NCBI RefSeq assembly: GCF_006345805.1
Contig: NC_043001.1
Span: forward strand, 94,798,001-94,862,000
Length of the DNA stretch: 64,000 nucleotides
Direction: 5' to 3'
DNA from: Octopus sinensis
Lineage: Eukaryota
The position numbers were made by a program, and so were the translations under genes. The notes beneath the pieces were generated by a model. The model was not told where the DNA came from. It did not search any database and saw only the letters and a program-made list of their open reading frames with translations. Each line of letters opens with the position of its first letter. Positions within the stretch are counted from its first letter, which is position 1. Shown one piece after another: positions 40,403-56,513 of the stretch.

Positions 40403-41409
40403 TAAAATTGGTGTCATAGACGTAACGAAAATGCCATATAAAATACGATTTTCTCATTAAACAACTGAAATCTAACAGAAGTACAAATTTAAGGAAACAC
40501 ATTTTAAGATACAGTAAGAACGAAAAAGTAAAAGTTGTCAGTGAACAACACATACACATTAACACATCGCACCTTTAAGCACCTAGCAATATCATTAAGG
40601 TTTCGACACCTTCGTAGTCACATTCAATCTGACAGCGCGAAAAGTGTTTAAAGAATGAGCACCACCAGGTAATGAACAGTAAACCAACAACGACAATATG
40701 CCCATTTACACCTGCGCATTTTTACACCACATAACTACAAGTATCAAATCTGAGATATAAATCGTCACATGGCGATAACTATAAAGCAAAGAAACTGTAA
40801 ATAAAACATATGCAAAAGAGATACACATCAAATCGAGTACTGACACCGCAAGAACTTCTGTACTTCGAAACTATAAAACATTAAAATTAAAGCGTGTTAA
40901 ACTTATTCAAAGGAAGTAATTGATCATATTTTAAAATATCCTTTACTTCTACATAAAACGGAAAATAATAATAACCTAAGGAATAAAGAACGTAGAACTG
41001 GAAACCTAATAAGCGTATTGATATTGTTAAATAAATAACCTAAATAATAAACTTTACACGAAAATATATACACAGATATATGTGAAAATTCATATGTATA
41101 TATATATATATATATATGAGTGAGAGAGTGAGCGAATCAGACAGGCAAATAGAAGGACAGCCAGAGTGAGAGAACGATGGAGGGAGAGATAAAGACGGAG
41201 ATGGAGATAATGTGAAACGAACAGTATTTTGGGAAGTCTTCGTTTCCTCATCACTATACATAATAGAATATATTTCAGTAAATTATAATAATGATAAATT
41301 GGATACCTCTGAAGCCACTACTTTCCCTCGTATATTGAATGATCGTACAATGTCATGTCTTTAAAAATACAAAGCAAAACAACCTTACAGTCATAGAATT
41401 TGATATCGA

Positions 41410-42113
41410 AAGTTGAACGATATTATTTCTGTTGACAAATGTGGTTTCAAATTATTTCAAACTCTTTTCCATCCCCTCTCCCCCACTCGCTCTCCCTATA
41501 TATATAAATGGCGAAAATCTGTTAGAAAGCCTCCAGGAAAGCGAAGCAATGTACGTTGCTCGACGAAAATAAAAGTTTGGAGGTATAAATCTGATGCTTT
41601 GTGAATAGATGATGATTCAAGAAAGTTGGTTAAAATTGACGGTAGCTTGAATAGTGCCAAATATATCCAGTTGCTGAGCACAATTTGTTATCAGACTTGG
41701 ATGAAGGTGAGTTGTTTCAGCGTGACGGAGCTCCAGGCCACAGATTATGTGCCGTACAACACAGTCTGTCTGATGAAAGTGTTACTGTACTGAAAGATTG
41801 GCCAGCTCATAGCCCTGACTTAAATACCATCGAGCAAATGTGAAGTAAACTAAATAAAAGAGTTCGCCAGAAGATTCCATGCAACCATGAAAAGTTATCG
41901 GAGCTCAGGTGCAGGGAATTGCATCTCACACCGGCGAAGAATTTGAACGCATCTCTTCCTAGGCGCAGTCCTTGAAAGAGCCATTTTGCTATCCCTCAAT
42001 TGCATACATTAATTCTTTTTACCTCGCATAAATTCAATGTTAATGTGTGAAAACTTCATGAGAGAAAATATAACATCGTTTTCCCTACAACAAAGTACTA
42101 GAAATTTCCGCTG
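41410..42113 (+). mobile_element. Tc1-family transposase C-terminal relic with right end
   Basis: SVDKCGFKLF..VRKPPG, LVKIDGSLNSAKYIQLL, FQRDGAPGH, DWPAHSPDLNTIEQM (DD34E-type motifs). The element ends ..ttccgctg followed by TA. Confidence 0.88.
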
Positions 42114-43133
42114 TATATGTTTTCTACAACACGGCCTTAAATTGTGTGACATATTCAACTTAAAGATATATATAACATGTCTCTTTCAGATGAATGTTTA
42201 GCACTTTCTGCGTAATAGGTTATTTCCCAGCATACATTATGCTATTAACACAAGATGCCATTAATTTAAAAACAGCAGGTAAATATATTCTGCAAGTAAA
42301 ACACAAATTTGTTGTAGTCGAAGTTGGATGACATTTTCCTAAAAGCAATCTGTCTGAAGATCATGAATAGTGTGTTCCTTATCTGAAGACAATCGATAAA
42401 ACCTTTGGCCATTGGTTGGCTTTCGATGAACGACGGCGTACTATAAATATAACATGCATACAATCTTGCTCAGCAAATGATATAAGCTTTACTTTTCTTT
42501 CAATAAGTTACAAATAGTACAACGTATCTTTCATACTGATTTTTATCAACTTCCAATGCACTTATCACTTGTGTCTTTTTATCCGATTTTAAGGAACGAG
42601 AACTTTTTGGATTTCAGTGTTTGTTGCCATAGAAATTTGCGTATACACAAATTATAATATTAATTGCTTGATTAGATTAATAAGCAACGCGTAAAAAGAC
42701 AATTGATAATTAATAGGATATTCAATGCGATCTTACGAAAAATAAAAATACATATAATCACGTGTTTGAGAAAAGAGATACACAGAAATAGGATTTTGAT
42801 TTGATAGCGTGGCGTCTAAAACGAGTGAAAGTTATAGACTATAATGGACCATAAGAAAGAAAACTAGCTAAAGAGAAACAAGCTGGAGACCTGTCAGAGA
42901 GTATGCACATGTATTTACAGTCTGATTGTTTCTAAGAATAGCAGTAAATGTACGTGAGTCTCTGAAATGTTTAGCCAATCACCACGAATACAATGTGTAG
43001 GTCATTCTGGTGATTCAGTAATTGGAACACTGACGGCTGGATTAGATGTAAATACATTCACACAACTAAAAGCCATACGCATTTGTAAATATATATATAT
43101 ATATATACATATTTATATACATACATATACGAA

Positions 43134-43164
<31 letters not shown>

Positions 43165-43186
43165 CACACACACACACACACACACA

Positions 43187-43238
<52 letters not shown>

Positions 43239-43973
43239 CTTTGACAGAGAGTTGCGAGAGGAAGACAGCGATATATAAACAGAGAGGGAGGAAAGAGAAA
43301 AGAGATTATACGGATAAAGAAAGAAATAAAGAAACTTGGACAGGACAATGAATGTGATATACTGATATTTAGAGAGAAATGTGTGATAGATATTGAGAAA
43401 TGTACATTTTCCTTCGTAAATGAGTGTTTTCTATATAAACCTAGACAACGAGATAAGACAAAGCGTTGTAGGTAATTTTGGCAAATGCTATAAAAGGAAC
43501 ACTTTACCATCCATCAATATCTTGTCGTACACAGAAATAAACTCTTAGTGCATCCATTGTTGCATTTGTTTATATAAATCCAACAAAAATTATTTTAAGT
43601 GTTTTCGTCTGAATAGAATTCGTTTAATAAATATTTATAGTACTTATCGTTTGTGCTGCTGTGTGTGGCTAGAGCGGACTCTTATAAGGTAGATCATGAA
43701 TCTGAAGATAATAACAATACAAAGGCTGTAATATACACACTTATCAGGGCAATTTCTGTCCGTTTCATTGTAGTCACTGCTGTGTAAATTTGATTGGTAC
43801 TATAGTGTAAGACAACAATGCAGAGGAGTTGCTAGTTATTAATTTGCGTCCACAGCGAGCTCTTTCGCTGCCAAAATCTCATGTTTAACTAACAAACGAA
43901 TATACAAATACGCGAACACATTGACTTGGACCGAAATGTGCTTGTCCAAATATACACGTATATCATATATGAA

Positions 43974-44047
<74 letters not shown>

Positions 44048-44239
44048 CTCACTGTCTCTCTTTCTCTCTCTCTCTCTCTGTATATATATATATATATAAG
44101 TCAAAGAAGTTAGCATCTAACATCTGACCCCTGTAAAATGGATCAAACCATTAAACTCACTACACAACATCTTACCTCCACTATTTCTCCCACTATAATT
44201 GAAACACTATGTATCCCACAGCCTGTTTCCGACGCCACA

Positions 44240-44362
44240 GCCGGCAAATGATGCGATAGAATAAACACTAGGCTTACAAGAATAAGTCATGTGGTCGATT
44301 TCTTCGAATAACACCATTTAAGGTAGTGCTCCAGTATTGCTGCGGTCAAACGAACATAAACA
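44240..44362 (+). mobile_element. SINE family A tail fragment, old
   Basis: gatagaataaacactaggcttacaagaataagtc..gtcgattt..gtgctccagtattgctgcggtcaaa matches the family tail. Confidence 0.65.
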
Positions 44363-46061
44363 TATATATAAATATATCATCTCATTCTCCTCCAGCAAAA
44401 GACAAAGAACAAAAATTTTGCTACCAATTACATATATTTTGCACCAAGCGTTTCTGGAATTATCAGAAATATAAATCCGTGTTATTACCTATGGAAATGT
44501 AAAGGTCTATTATCATAAGGTCCGGTACCTAACATGATCAATGGGAAGAAATTACATTCACTAGAAAATCAAGCGCGTGATATAGAATGGTTGTCACCTT
44601 CAGTTAAATTGCATCAGATGTACTCTCGTAACTTCTGTAAGTTTATATGTATATAGGTTTGTACAAAGTAAGTGACGGTATTATGATCTTTTCACTCCTT
44701 AAATTAACCATTTCGTGAAACAGTTTAGAATAATTTGAACCTATCACCGAAATTTTACAATACTTTTTTTTTAACCATAGAGACTTATGCTAAAATCTAT
44801 ACGACAGCAATAACCAATTTCGTGAGGGCAACGTAACTATCAAATAACCAAGTGTTAACCTAAGCTTGCATGAATAAGATCCAAGATGGAGCTATCTCCC
44901 GTTTTCCTGGAACTATGGCTGAAAATTTACAGCGCCTCATATAACTTAGAAGTTACCAATAACTGGATGTATATAAGTATAACAAACCATAAATTGGGTA
45001 AAATGAGGATACTATTAATACATCTGTATTTGGCCACCTGTATTCGGCCACTTGTATTTGGCCATCTGTATTTTCCCAAGACCGTAAACAATCAGTTTGT
45101 ATTTTGCGTATTTGCTGAAATTACACATGTGCAAATTTTTACGGTCGTCTCATCAAGATATATTAGTGTCTTAAACTATGAGGCAATTGAGAGAACAAAC
45201 GCTTCCTAATAGTGTTCAGGCCAACGTATTTTTTATGTAATCAAATATAATCTTGAACATTTTCAGTCACTGTTATCAACGTTTCGCATGGATTAAAGGA
45301 CTTTTATCAGTTTCAAGCTGTTCTAGCTATGAGCTTGTAGACCTTCAAAATTTATACTGTATTTATTTTAAATACGAAGCTGAATAAAAGTTAATACATA
45401 AAATAAACATAATTTAACCGAATTTCCGATCCAGGCATTTAATACATGTTATTACTATATAACAGGATACAGAATTGTAAATACAGTCCATGAGGTCCCA
45501 AAAATATATAGTGGTAAAAATGTTCCTTTTAGTGTTATTTCATGAAACAAAACACAAATGCAGGTTGCGTAATAAAATCTATTTAAAAGAGTTTACAATT
45601 CTTGATAAGACTTACGCCTACACTGGAAGGAAATAATTTCAATTTGAAAGAAGAAAATTTGGTCTTCCATTGGGTTTGGTAGTGTGTCAGTTTGACATGA
45701 AATCAAAATTGAAAAGTAAATTAAAAACGATCTTCCAGGTCAGAACGTTCTAATTCTTACTGAGCGACACCTTATGAACAGTTGGAGAGCTTCCGTTGTT
45801 ATGTAAGTTTCCGAATGGAAAAAAATAAACAGAGAATAGTTTCCTCCTAATGAATGTTTAAAAACTGTAAACATAGGAACAGTGACAAACACACATATAC
45901 TGAATTCTTGCTGATCTCACTGTGGATATTTACATATTTTAATGCATGCGCAAACAAAGAGAAAGCTGATTTAGAAAACTAATTATCAGGGATTTTTTTC
46001 ATACCGAAACATTTCATAAACCATTCAATTTTGTCAAGACTGAATTCTACAGCATAACATT

Positions 46062-46176
<115 letters not shown>

Positions 46177-47179
46177 TGTACGACTCTCTTACTCATTCTT
46201 TCAGCTCCTTCACACTTTTCTTTTTCTCGCTTCCGCTCTCTAACATTTCTTGGCCTTCCCTTCATTCTCACCTCCCCGTCTCTTTTACCCCACTCTGTCC
46301 CTTTTCTGTTTATAGGGTAGATTCATTATAGCGTTGATTCAAAGAAACCCGTTGTTAGGTTCGCAATGACAGGCGCTGCTGTTGTTTCCATCGCAATACC
46401 GCATTTTTGGCGGTAGCATGTTGCATTGAATAGGAAACGCACATATCATGAAATAACTGTATACATAAATCTATCTGATGCAATTTACAATATTGTTATA
46501 TGTATGTGTATATATATATATATATATTATATATATATATATTATATATATATATACTATAATTAACAACGTAAATAATGGTGTAACAGTTTATAATAAG
46601 ATTATATATAATAAACCTAAATTTTATAGCACCCTTGAATGGTCGAACCTACTAAAAAGTAATTCTAATCTGAGGTTTTCCTCCTATTTTTATTTTATTA
46701 AAATGTTTGAGCTTATAATATTTATTATATTGTTTATTGCCTGGGATTTAAAATTAATCAAATGATGGGGGATTTTTAAGTGCAAGTTATTCCCGCGGGC
46801 ATTAATCACTCTAAAGTAAAAATATCAATGAGTGTGAAATATAATAGGAATACCATTAAAACCAGTATCTATCAAGTTTAGTGTGTGCCTCTAATTTAGT
46901 CTTATCATCATTTAAGCATGAATATTTTCCTTCGTCTCTGTATTCACAACGAGGGATAAAGAAATATAGAAATAACATTGATTTATTAAGTACAACTTTC
47001 AAAGTATCACACTATTATAAGTCCATGAATTTGAGTGTGACAGAGAATGTAAAAGAAAATAATTTAACAAATGTTATGATATAGAAAGAAAATAGATATC
47101 ACGCAGTTGGTTTGTTTGATTTTTATGATAAATCTCTTTAAACAAACCATCAGGCAGAAAAGCACAGAGATAATGATTC

Positions 47180-47375
47180 AGATGGTGAAGATGATAATGA
47201 TGATGAGGATGATGAGGATGATGATGATGAGGAGGAGGAGGAGGAAGTGAGTGGTAGTGTTGATGCAATTGATGACATTGATTGTTGTGCTAGTGGTGGT
47301 GTTGGTGGGAGATGATGATATGGGAGGCAGTGCTAATGGTGATGTTGATACTGATGACGAAGATATGATGATGAG
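47180..47375. repeat. (GAT)/(GAG)/(GGT) degenerate triplet array
   Basis: Directly visible; gives a spurious poly-His/Pro ORF. Confidence 0.9.
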
Positions 47376-49317
47376 GGTGACTGTACTGTTTATAACAAAA
47401 GACCCAGGAAGAAGAGTGAAGAATACAATAAAGCGCTGGTGGTTTTGCCTAAAGAGAAGGAAAAGAATTTTATAAACTGAGGAAATCCATTTATCATCGA
47501 GTTTAAAAGGGAATAGTCACAGAAGAGAGTTTCACTAACACATAAAGATAAGTATAAACATATCCTTACGATCCATTCATATGTAATGTGGAATGTATCC
47601 ATTGATTTAACAACGTCTTTCTGTAAAAGACATATATTCACACAATGCACTGATTACACTCGCATGCATTTATTGAAACGCTCGTTTACATTCTGATATA
47701 TGATCATGAATGCGTTTGCATAATTGCATAGAAACACATACGAAACTATATATTCCTCTTGGTTTTCTCAGCTCTTTCTCTCTATTACCCGTTGGGGACA
47801 ATTCCTAATCATATTCGTTCCCCATATTCAACATTATTACCCACAAATCACATTTCCAAACATATAAACTGCTTTGACCCAACTTAAGTACTTTTAAGTA
47901 CATTTTCGCTTTTCATCGTACGTGCTTCGATTATCCTAATCATTCTCGCTAACTTTAGCCATTCAGCCACCACACGGCATTTTCTTATGCTTCATCCTTT
48001 GCTTCTGTGCTGAAACGAGTTATCACTTGTTTCAATGGTCACTCCTCCATCTATAAATACTTTCCACACATACATGCAACAATTACCCAACCACATTTTC
48101 CGTATTTCTGCTTTCGTACTCCCATAACTTCACCTATTTCACAGGATTTGGACATCTGGACATACACTCACTACTATTTGCATTTATCAATCACGTTTCA
48201 GTTACCTCTTTCTTCGTTATACAATGTAAAGTAATGTACCTCTTCTATAAGATGACGACAACCATAAAATATCTCACTCTCTCTCTCTCTATTTTGTTGC
48301 TTGTTTATAGGATTAACAACAAATAAATGCTGTGAATTTGCAGAACATTGAAAATTTGCAGAACATTGAGAATTCTACTGGTAGGATTAGTGTAAATGAA
48401 TTTTGAATACCGATCTTACTAGCAAGATTGTATGAGATGAAGTTGTTGGCGCTACAAAAATAAATCTAGGACGAAGTGAAGGATTTGAAGAACATGATGG
48501 ACAAGATAAACTTATTGGGGATTACAGAGCTGAAGCCATAAATGGGCAAAGATATATCTCTGGGATAATTCCAGTGCATTCGCAAAATACTGTCGTCAGT
48601 ATGATATCTGAAGAATCAGCGTCCGTTTCAATGGCCAGTGAATGATTTCTTCATTTATCTCACCGAAAAAAAGTTGCTGAAGATTTATCTATGAGTTCAG
48701 TGAAGTGATGAAGAATAGAGAGGATCATGTTCAAGGCCGTTCTGGAAGGTCTATAGGCTAATAATCTCAATGACAACTCCCCCTTTATTAGAGAATCAGC
48801 TATGCTCAAAGAGAAGGAAACATTTCATCGATGTCTTAGTTTTTTTCCAGATAAAACTAATTATCATACAAAAGTGGCATCGCCATTTCATTTTACAGTG
48901 AAGATTTATCAGCTCCATGCATAAATGTAATTCATTTACTGTTCAATATTATCTCATTTTCAAAGAGTTATAATTACTGCGAATTATAAAAAGTTTTTCA
49001 GACGTTTTCACATAATATTTTAAACAAAATCTAATTGCAACTATTTTTTTGTGTTGAAGATGTACTGAGGGTTGCCTAGGATGATATTTAAACCTGGAAC
49101 TTTAGGAAATAAACTTATAAAATGTATAATAGTAGCACTGCTCACAACACTACTTACAATCTCAGGAATATGATGCCAGCTTAGAACAGTTCATGTCTTA
49201 CTAGAAGATCGCTACAGAAAATTTAATGTGAAACAATTTCAAACAGGAAAAACTTTCAATGGTGTTTCTAATCACTGCTCTATTTTGTCAAGGAAATAAA
49301 TGCATGGAGTTAATGAT

Positions 49318-49641
49318 AACAAGAGCACTCAGAGAGTGCAAACCTCCGCCAAGGCAACACCAACGATGAGCACGTGATGATTTTTAAAATAAGAATACTT
49401 GGAATAAAATCTACTGCTCTCAGAAACGAGAATACTAAAAATGAAATCGACCACTATCAAAAATTAAGTAAAAAAAAAGAAAGATAATACAGAATGTTTG
49501 CCCGATAGTGAATCGAGCCCAAAATCTAATCAGTTCGTGCCATTCACGAGGCCAAACATCCCTGAAAGTTTCATCCGAATCCATCCAAACAAACAAATAT
49601 GACTGAAAACGTTACATCCGCATTAGCGAAGGCGGAGGTAA
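49318..49641 (-). mobile_element. HINE-like non-autonomous element
   Basis: Reverse complement of 53281-53632 (aagagcactcagagagtgcaaacctccgcc ... ttagcgaaggcggaggtaa), with subTIR cctccgcc/ggcggagg. Confidence 0.7.
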
Positions 49642-50564
49642 CAGATGCAAGTGACAGGAGATTTCATTTCAGCTAACTTAAAGTCATTGTTCATAATCAA
49701 ATTTGGCAGCGAATCCCTCCAGGTTTGATGCATATCGAGGAAACAAATTCAGAAAACATTTTAATCAAAACTTGATGGACATGTTGACGAGATTTTCGGT
49801 GAAGGATGAAATTTCTTCAGATAAATATACGAAATATAAGCTGTTTGTCTTTTATTCTTAACTTCGATATATTTAGGTAAATTAGAATAAATGTATATAG
49901 ACATATATATTCATATATAAGTATATATGTGCGTGTGTCTGTATGGGTGTGAATATATATGTCTATGTATGTAGGTATGTATACAGGTATCACATCGACG
50001 TGTGTGGCGCTAGAATGTGTATTATAGTGCCGAAATTATTGAACGACTTGTTTCTGCTATCTGTGTTATGTGACATATAACTCTTAGTACATGGTTTTAA
50101 AAATCACATACAGGATTAGGACATGATATATGCTGTAGCTCAAATGAGATCGTTGTTGGTGTCTGCAACGCCTCTGGGCGTTCAGCGTCGACATTCCGTC
50201 ATATATCACCTGAACAATTGCATGAAGACAATCCAAGGCAGTGGTAAGTGATAAATATCTGTATGCCTGTGATTTAAAGAATGAGTCACGATGCAAGCGA
50301 GCGCGTTTCCACAAGAGAATGCAATAGGGTGCTTAACATACACATGACCAAATGTCAGGAGACACCAAATCGAACTTCAATAAATGATTGATATTCAATT
50401 CTTATTTATTCATTTGGAAACATTCGTCGCCCAAGGACTTCGGTTTGAGCAATTTTCCTGTTTCGTATATCGATATATTATTACATTCATTCAGTTCTTA
50501 AAGATTAATAAATGTTGGAAGTAAATGACTTTGATTTACTGTCAGGTAAATTGGGGCCGACGAT

Positions 50565-51324
<760 letters not shown>

Positions 51325-51409
51325 TATATACATACCTATATGCACATAGACACACATTCACATATAACTGTTTCCAAGTATATATATGTACGTATATAGC
51401 TGTATATAT

Positions 51410-51487
<78 letters not shown>

Positions 51488-51830
51488 CTGTTCGGATGAC
51501 ATTAACACTCCTAATGACCCTAAAGACTAAAAAGAGTTTCCTGGTCTTATATACTATCTTTTATCACTTTCTCCCCAACTAATTTTGTTCCAGCCCACTC
51601 AGCTGGAAAAAAATAAGTTGTAGCTGTAATTCAAAGGGGCGATTCTTGTCACGTTGTGTGTGAGGCTGAATCTCACTAAGAACTACGTTCATGATATGCA
51701 TAACTATGGAATGTTCAGCCACTAGTGCGTTTATTTTATCTTCGTGTGGTAATGAAAAGTGAAATTGATATCCAATATTTGCTCTAGTTATTTGTTTTTG
51801 ATTTAACAATGTAACTCATCTATATATCTG

Positions 51831-51831
<1 letters not shown>

Positions 51832-51900
<69 letters not shown>

Positions 51901-51910
51901 AATCTATCTG
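51832..51910. repeat. (TATC)n microsatellite
   Basis: Directly visible. Confidence 0.97.
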
Positions 51911-53280
51911 CCTTCCTATCTACTCTTTTTCGATCTACGTCTCTACTGTTATTTCAATGTATGTATCAGTGTACTCTGAAAATACTAATAAATATTTGAA
52001 AATACAAAACAAATGTCACCTCCCGTTCAATCACAACTCACAGTCTCTCTCCCACTCTCTTTATTTTTGGTCTCGCTTCATCTCTATCCCTCCCCTATCC
52101 CACTGTTAATCTAACAATGTGTGTATGTGCCTATGTATATATCAGCTTTTCTTTCGATGTATGCATCCGTCTATCTGAAAATAAACATTTAATAACGATA
52201 AATGGAATGCCACCTTCCTTTCAGCCAACACTCACTGTCTCTCTTTCACTCTCTTTCTCTCTCTTTCTTTTTCACTTCCTCTCTGTCCCTCATCTCTCCC
52301 GCTTTGCCACTCACTTCAACTATATATCCTCAGCTTAACACCTTTTATTTCCCTTTTTTCTTTATACCCTTCAAACCTTTTCCCTCCTTCTTTGGGGGTA
52401 AGTGCGATACAGAACACAGGTACGTACGTAAAAAAACAAAACAAATGTTAGCATATTAATATTATTGATAAGTATATATTTATGTATGTGTTTGTTTGAG
52501 TAATTGTGTCTATGTGTGTATGTCCTGCTTCAAGAAAATACTAGTATTGAAGAGATTAGGTTATACTGACAAGAGTATAATATTCAGAACAAATACAGGC
52601 AGTGATATAGATGCAGCTGAAATCAATAACTTTCAGTGGGATTGCATGGAAAGTTACATTTCCACATGTTTTGCAATCAAAGAAAATGTAATTTAAGAAA
52701 CAATGAAAATATGACTATTTGCAATAGCCGCTGCCCAATTAGAAAAAAAAAGAAATTATGACAAGTGAAATCCGAACTGGTGAAAACTGTGATACTGCAA
52801 CTCATTTGTACAAATGCAAGACATAGACATGCAGAAATATTTTGCAATCAAATGATCAGGATTGTACATTTAAAATTTTAACGAAATTGTTCGCTTTCCT
52901 GATGACCAAGCTATCGGTTGTTGAACACATTAGACTGTTGCATGGGAAATTTTCAAGTACCACGTGAAAAAGAAGATGAAGAGGAATGCAGCAGTTTTTT
53001 CACATGGTTTTCTTTAACTGGGTTACCTGCAAATATATCCGCATTCGGAAATTTAATTAAGAGAAAGAGAGAAAGCGATGACAGACTGAAACGATGCTAT
53101 TCTGTTGTATAGTATGACGAAGCTGCAGAAAGCTATGGAGCATGACTATGTCAGAGACGGATTTGAACGATTGCTAAATTACATTAAATGCTCCAACGGA
53201 AGAATGCTCTGATTCGAGAGATAATCTCTCATCGGAAATCTGACAACTGAGAGAACAAAAGTCATTGCATTGAAAATGGA

Positions 53281-53632
53281 TTATTACCTCCGCCTTAGCG
53301 AAGGTGGAGTTATTGTTTTCAGTCGTGTTTGTTTGCTTGTTTGTCCGTGGATAAAATATCTCAAGTACCACCTGATGGATTCGGATGAAACGTTCAGAGA
53401 TGATTAGCCTCGTGACTGGCACGAAATGATTTAATTTGGGGTACCGGATAAGGATTGTGCTTTTTTTTTACAAAATTTTCGAGAGCCGTCGGGTTCATCT
53501 TTTGTATTCTCATCTGTGAGATCAGCTGTGATAATTTCAGATATTCTCATTTCAAAATTCATCTCTGACACATCGTTGAGAGGACGTTGGTGTTGCATTG
53601 GCGGAGGCTTGCGTTCTGTGAGTGCTCTTCTT
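53281..53632 (+). mobile_element. HINE-like non-autonomous element
   Basis: ttattacctccgcc-ttagcgaa-ggtggag 5' hairpin, (gttt)n tract, and 3' ggcggaggcttgcgttctgtgagtgctctt. A second copy lies at 49.3 kb. Confidence 0.72.
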
Positions 53633-55104
53633 TATGTTATTGTTGTAAAACCACTTCCTTCTTCAATGTGTCTACGCAACGTCAATAGAACATTTCGGTG
53701 TTTTCTTTCTTTATTATATTTCGGTACCGGTGACATATTTTTAAGTGATTTTTAACATATTCAAATTTATGAATTGATGAGGGAAGATGGCATTGTTTTG
53801 CATATTTATTATATATTCAATGATAATGGTAATTAGGCAGGAATGGATGCCAAGTGAGACTATGATGAGTTCATTCCCAATTCTGTCGGTCTAAGTTTGA
53901 AGATCTGGTATGTCTAAGGTATACAATATTTTCTGCATTCAACTTTGATACTCTTATAGTTCATCGAATATCAAAATTTGTCTACGAGTGTAGTTTAAAT
54001 TCCTGAATAAGTGCATAATTTTGTATTCTATTTTAACTCGGTAAGTTTGCTTAATATGCTGCTGTCAACAGTATTTGTATAGCTGCAGCTGATTTTTCCT
54101 AATAACATACACTTACTCAATAATTCATAATATATATATCTAGTTGGAAAGTAATTGTCAATTTAGGCGTCTTAGTGAATGGCGTCAGCAAAACTAACTC
54201 TATCACGCTTGCATGTAACTGTAATTTCTCGGTTTATGCCGTAAGGTTTACGATATGTTTACTCTCTAATTGTAGTTATTTGTATGGTGACCGATGGTAA
54301 GCTGTCACTTTTTACTAGTTTATTACAAGATAGATGAAATTAATTCGAGTCTACGTATAAGATGCATTATAATGCCACACCTTTTGTGATATCAGGAATA
54401 TTTGTGATATTTCTTGCTTCTGAAGTTATAGACAGGTCAATGAATAGTTCAGATTTTTTAAAGGTGTCTCTGATCATTCTATATCTGAAAGGAATTAGAG
54501 CGGCTGAAGATATAGCGTACATTAAATCATAATTGTTTGATATTAATGAATGACAACTTATCCTCATCAGATTTGTAATTTCAAAACTGAAGAGATTATA
54601 GATTCCAAACACTGCTTTACACTACATCCTCTTGCTTCGTTCAAGTTTTTCAGTTAGAGTAAGTCTCAGAATTGTTTCCATGCTGCTTCGTGGCGCACGA
54701 AATAGCAGTCCCTTAGCATTACATGTACAGTGTCCTAATTATAGATACTCCTTCTACTTCCTATGTAGTATGACTAAAGTAGCATTATAGAGATGCTATA
54801 GAGATTATATGTCACTTTCGTTATCCAATGGGAGGTGCATTGTGTTTATTCTCTTTCTAAACACTCACCAGATATATGAAGGAGAGGTGACTGCAGCGAA
54901 ATTTAACGTACAAACTCGAATGCGAGTTTATTTGCCATGTGCCACCATGTCAGATCTATTCTCTAGGATTATTTGCAATATGATCCACGGATTTCATTTA
55001 TTTAATGAGCAGCTAAATTACTGCGAGTCTATGCTGAGGGGAGACGTGTGGCAGTATATTTACATGTATGCTGAAGTACATACAACCATACATATATACA
55101 CATA

Positions 55105-55585
55105 CCTTAAATCTTCGAGTATAGTCCTCCCTTGAGTATAATACGGAGGGGATTTTCAGGGGCTGTACTTCTGCTAATACCTAAACCTTGTGTATAATAG
55201 CCACCCCTTTTCTGACTTGAGTCCGGGAGGTCTATATAACGTCATTGGTTTGTAAAAATGTATACGGTAACGTCCTTTATTATTATTGTATATATAACAT
55301 AATGCAAACGTGTAGCTTTTTTTGTGCATTTTCTTTGCAGAAACTAAAGAAATAACAGTAATAACAGTAGTAAGATTTAATAAATGTTGCTTACTGCAAG
55401 TTATGGGGCTGAGCTTTAAGTATTTTCGCGCTCCACATCACAAAATGCGTCTCAATAAGCATTGCTGGACAGCAAATAGAAACTTGGATATTGCTTGGAC
55501 ATTTTTAACTTCGTATATAGTACGCACTAGTGATTACGACCTTTAAATCTGCGGGAAAATGCGGATTATACTCGAGGATTTACGG
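55105..55585. mobile_element. pogo/Tigger-like MITE
   Basis: Imperfect TIRs ccttaaatcttcgagtatagtcc / ggattatactcgaggatttacgg (3 mismatches in 23 nt), flanked by TA on both sides. Confidence 0.7.
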
Positions 55586-56237
55586 TATATAAACACATTT
55601 ATGGATAATATATGTGACATGACTGAGTCTGTGTTTTGTATTCAAATGAATGGTGATAGATTTGGGTTGAGTCATATGAGTATTTGTTCCCCTTCTTCAT
55701 TCTTCAGTGCTCAAATTGCTTTGACCATTATCTCAAGAATGTCTGCAGTCGATGTTATATATATTCTCAGAATTTGTCTTAATACTTAAGAACTTCAAAT
55801 TTTTATTTAGACGCAGAATTTCGACATCCATATTGCTCTCCATTGTTGTCATTGAGACATTTTGCAGAATAACTAAACACTATGCTGTCGCATATGATAT
55901 CTAGAGTGATACGCTTATTATATATTTTTTTTTATTTCGGACGCGCTTATATACTTGTGTATGTGGGCGTGTGTGTGTGTGCATGTGTGTGCCCGTATGT
56001 TTGTGTGTATGTGTACTTTAACTGTGGACTAACAACGCAATTAATCATTTCATTTGGAAAGTATCTCTAGAATGGAAGCGTTTACCGGCATAGTGAGCAA
56101 TCGTGTAAATTGTTTCCGCATGACACCAATGACAGATTTGCTAATCCAAACACAAACCATATTTATCTACTGTATGCTGTGTTGATCACTGACTCGCAAA
56201 GTTTGATACTATGAACACACATTCAAGCTCAGAGAAT

Positions 56238-56276
<39 letters not shown>

Positions 56277-56419
56277 TAAGCAATAAGGGTTTAGCAACGA
56301 GTTGCCTTACCACATACCGAATTTTTCCAAATTAATTAATTTCACCCTTCATTATTACGGATAACCATAATTTTTCCAAATTAATTAATTTCACCCTTCA
56401 TTATTACGGATAACTATAT

Positions 56420-56513
<94 letters not shown>

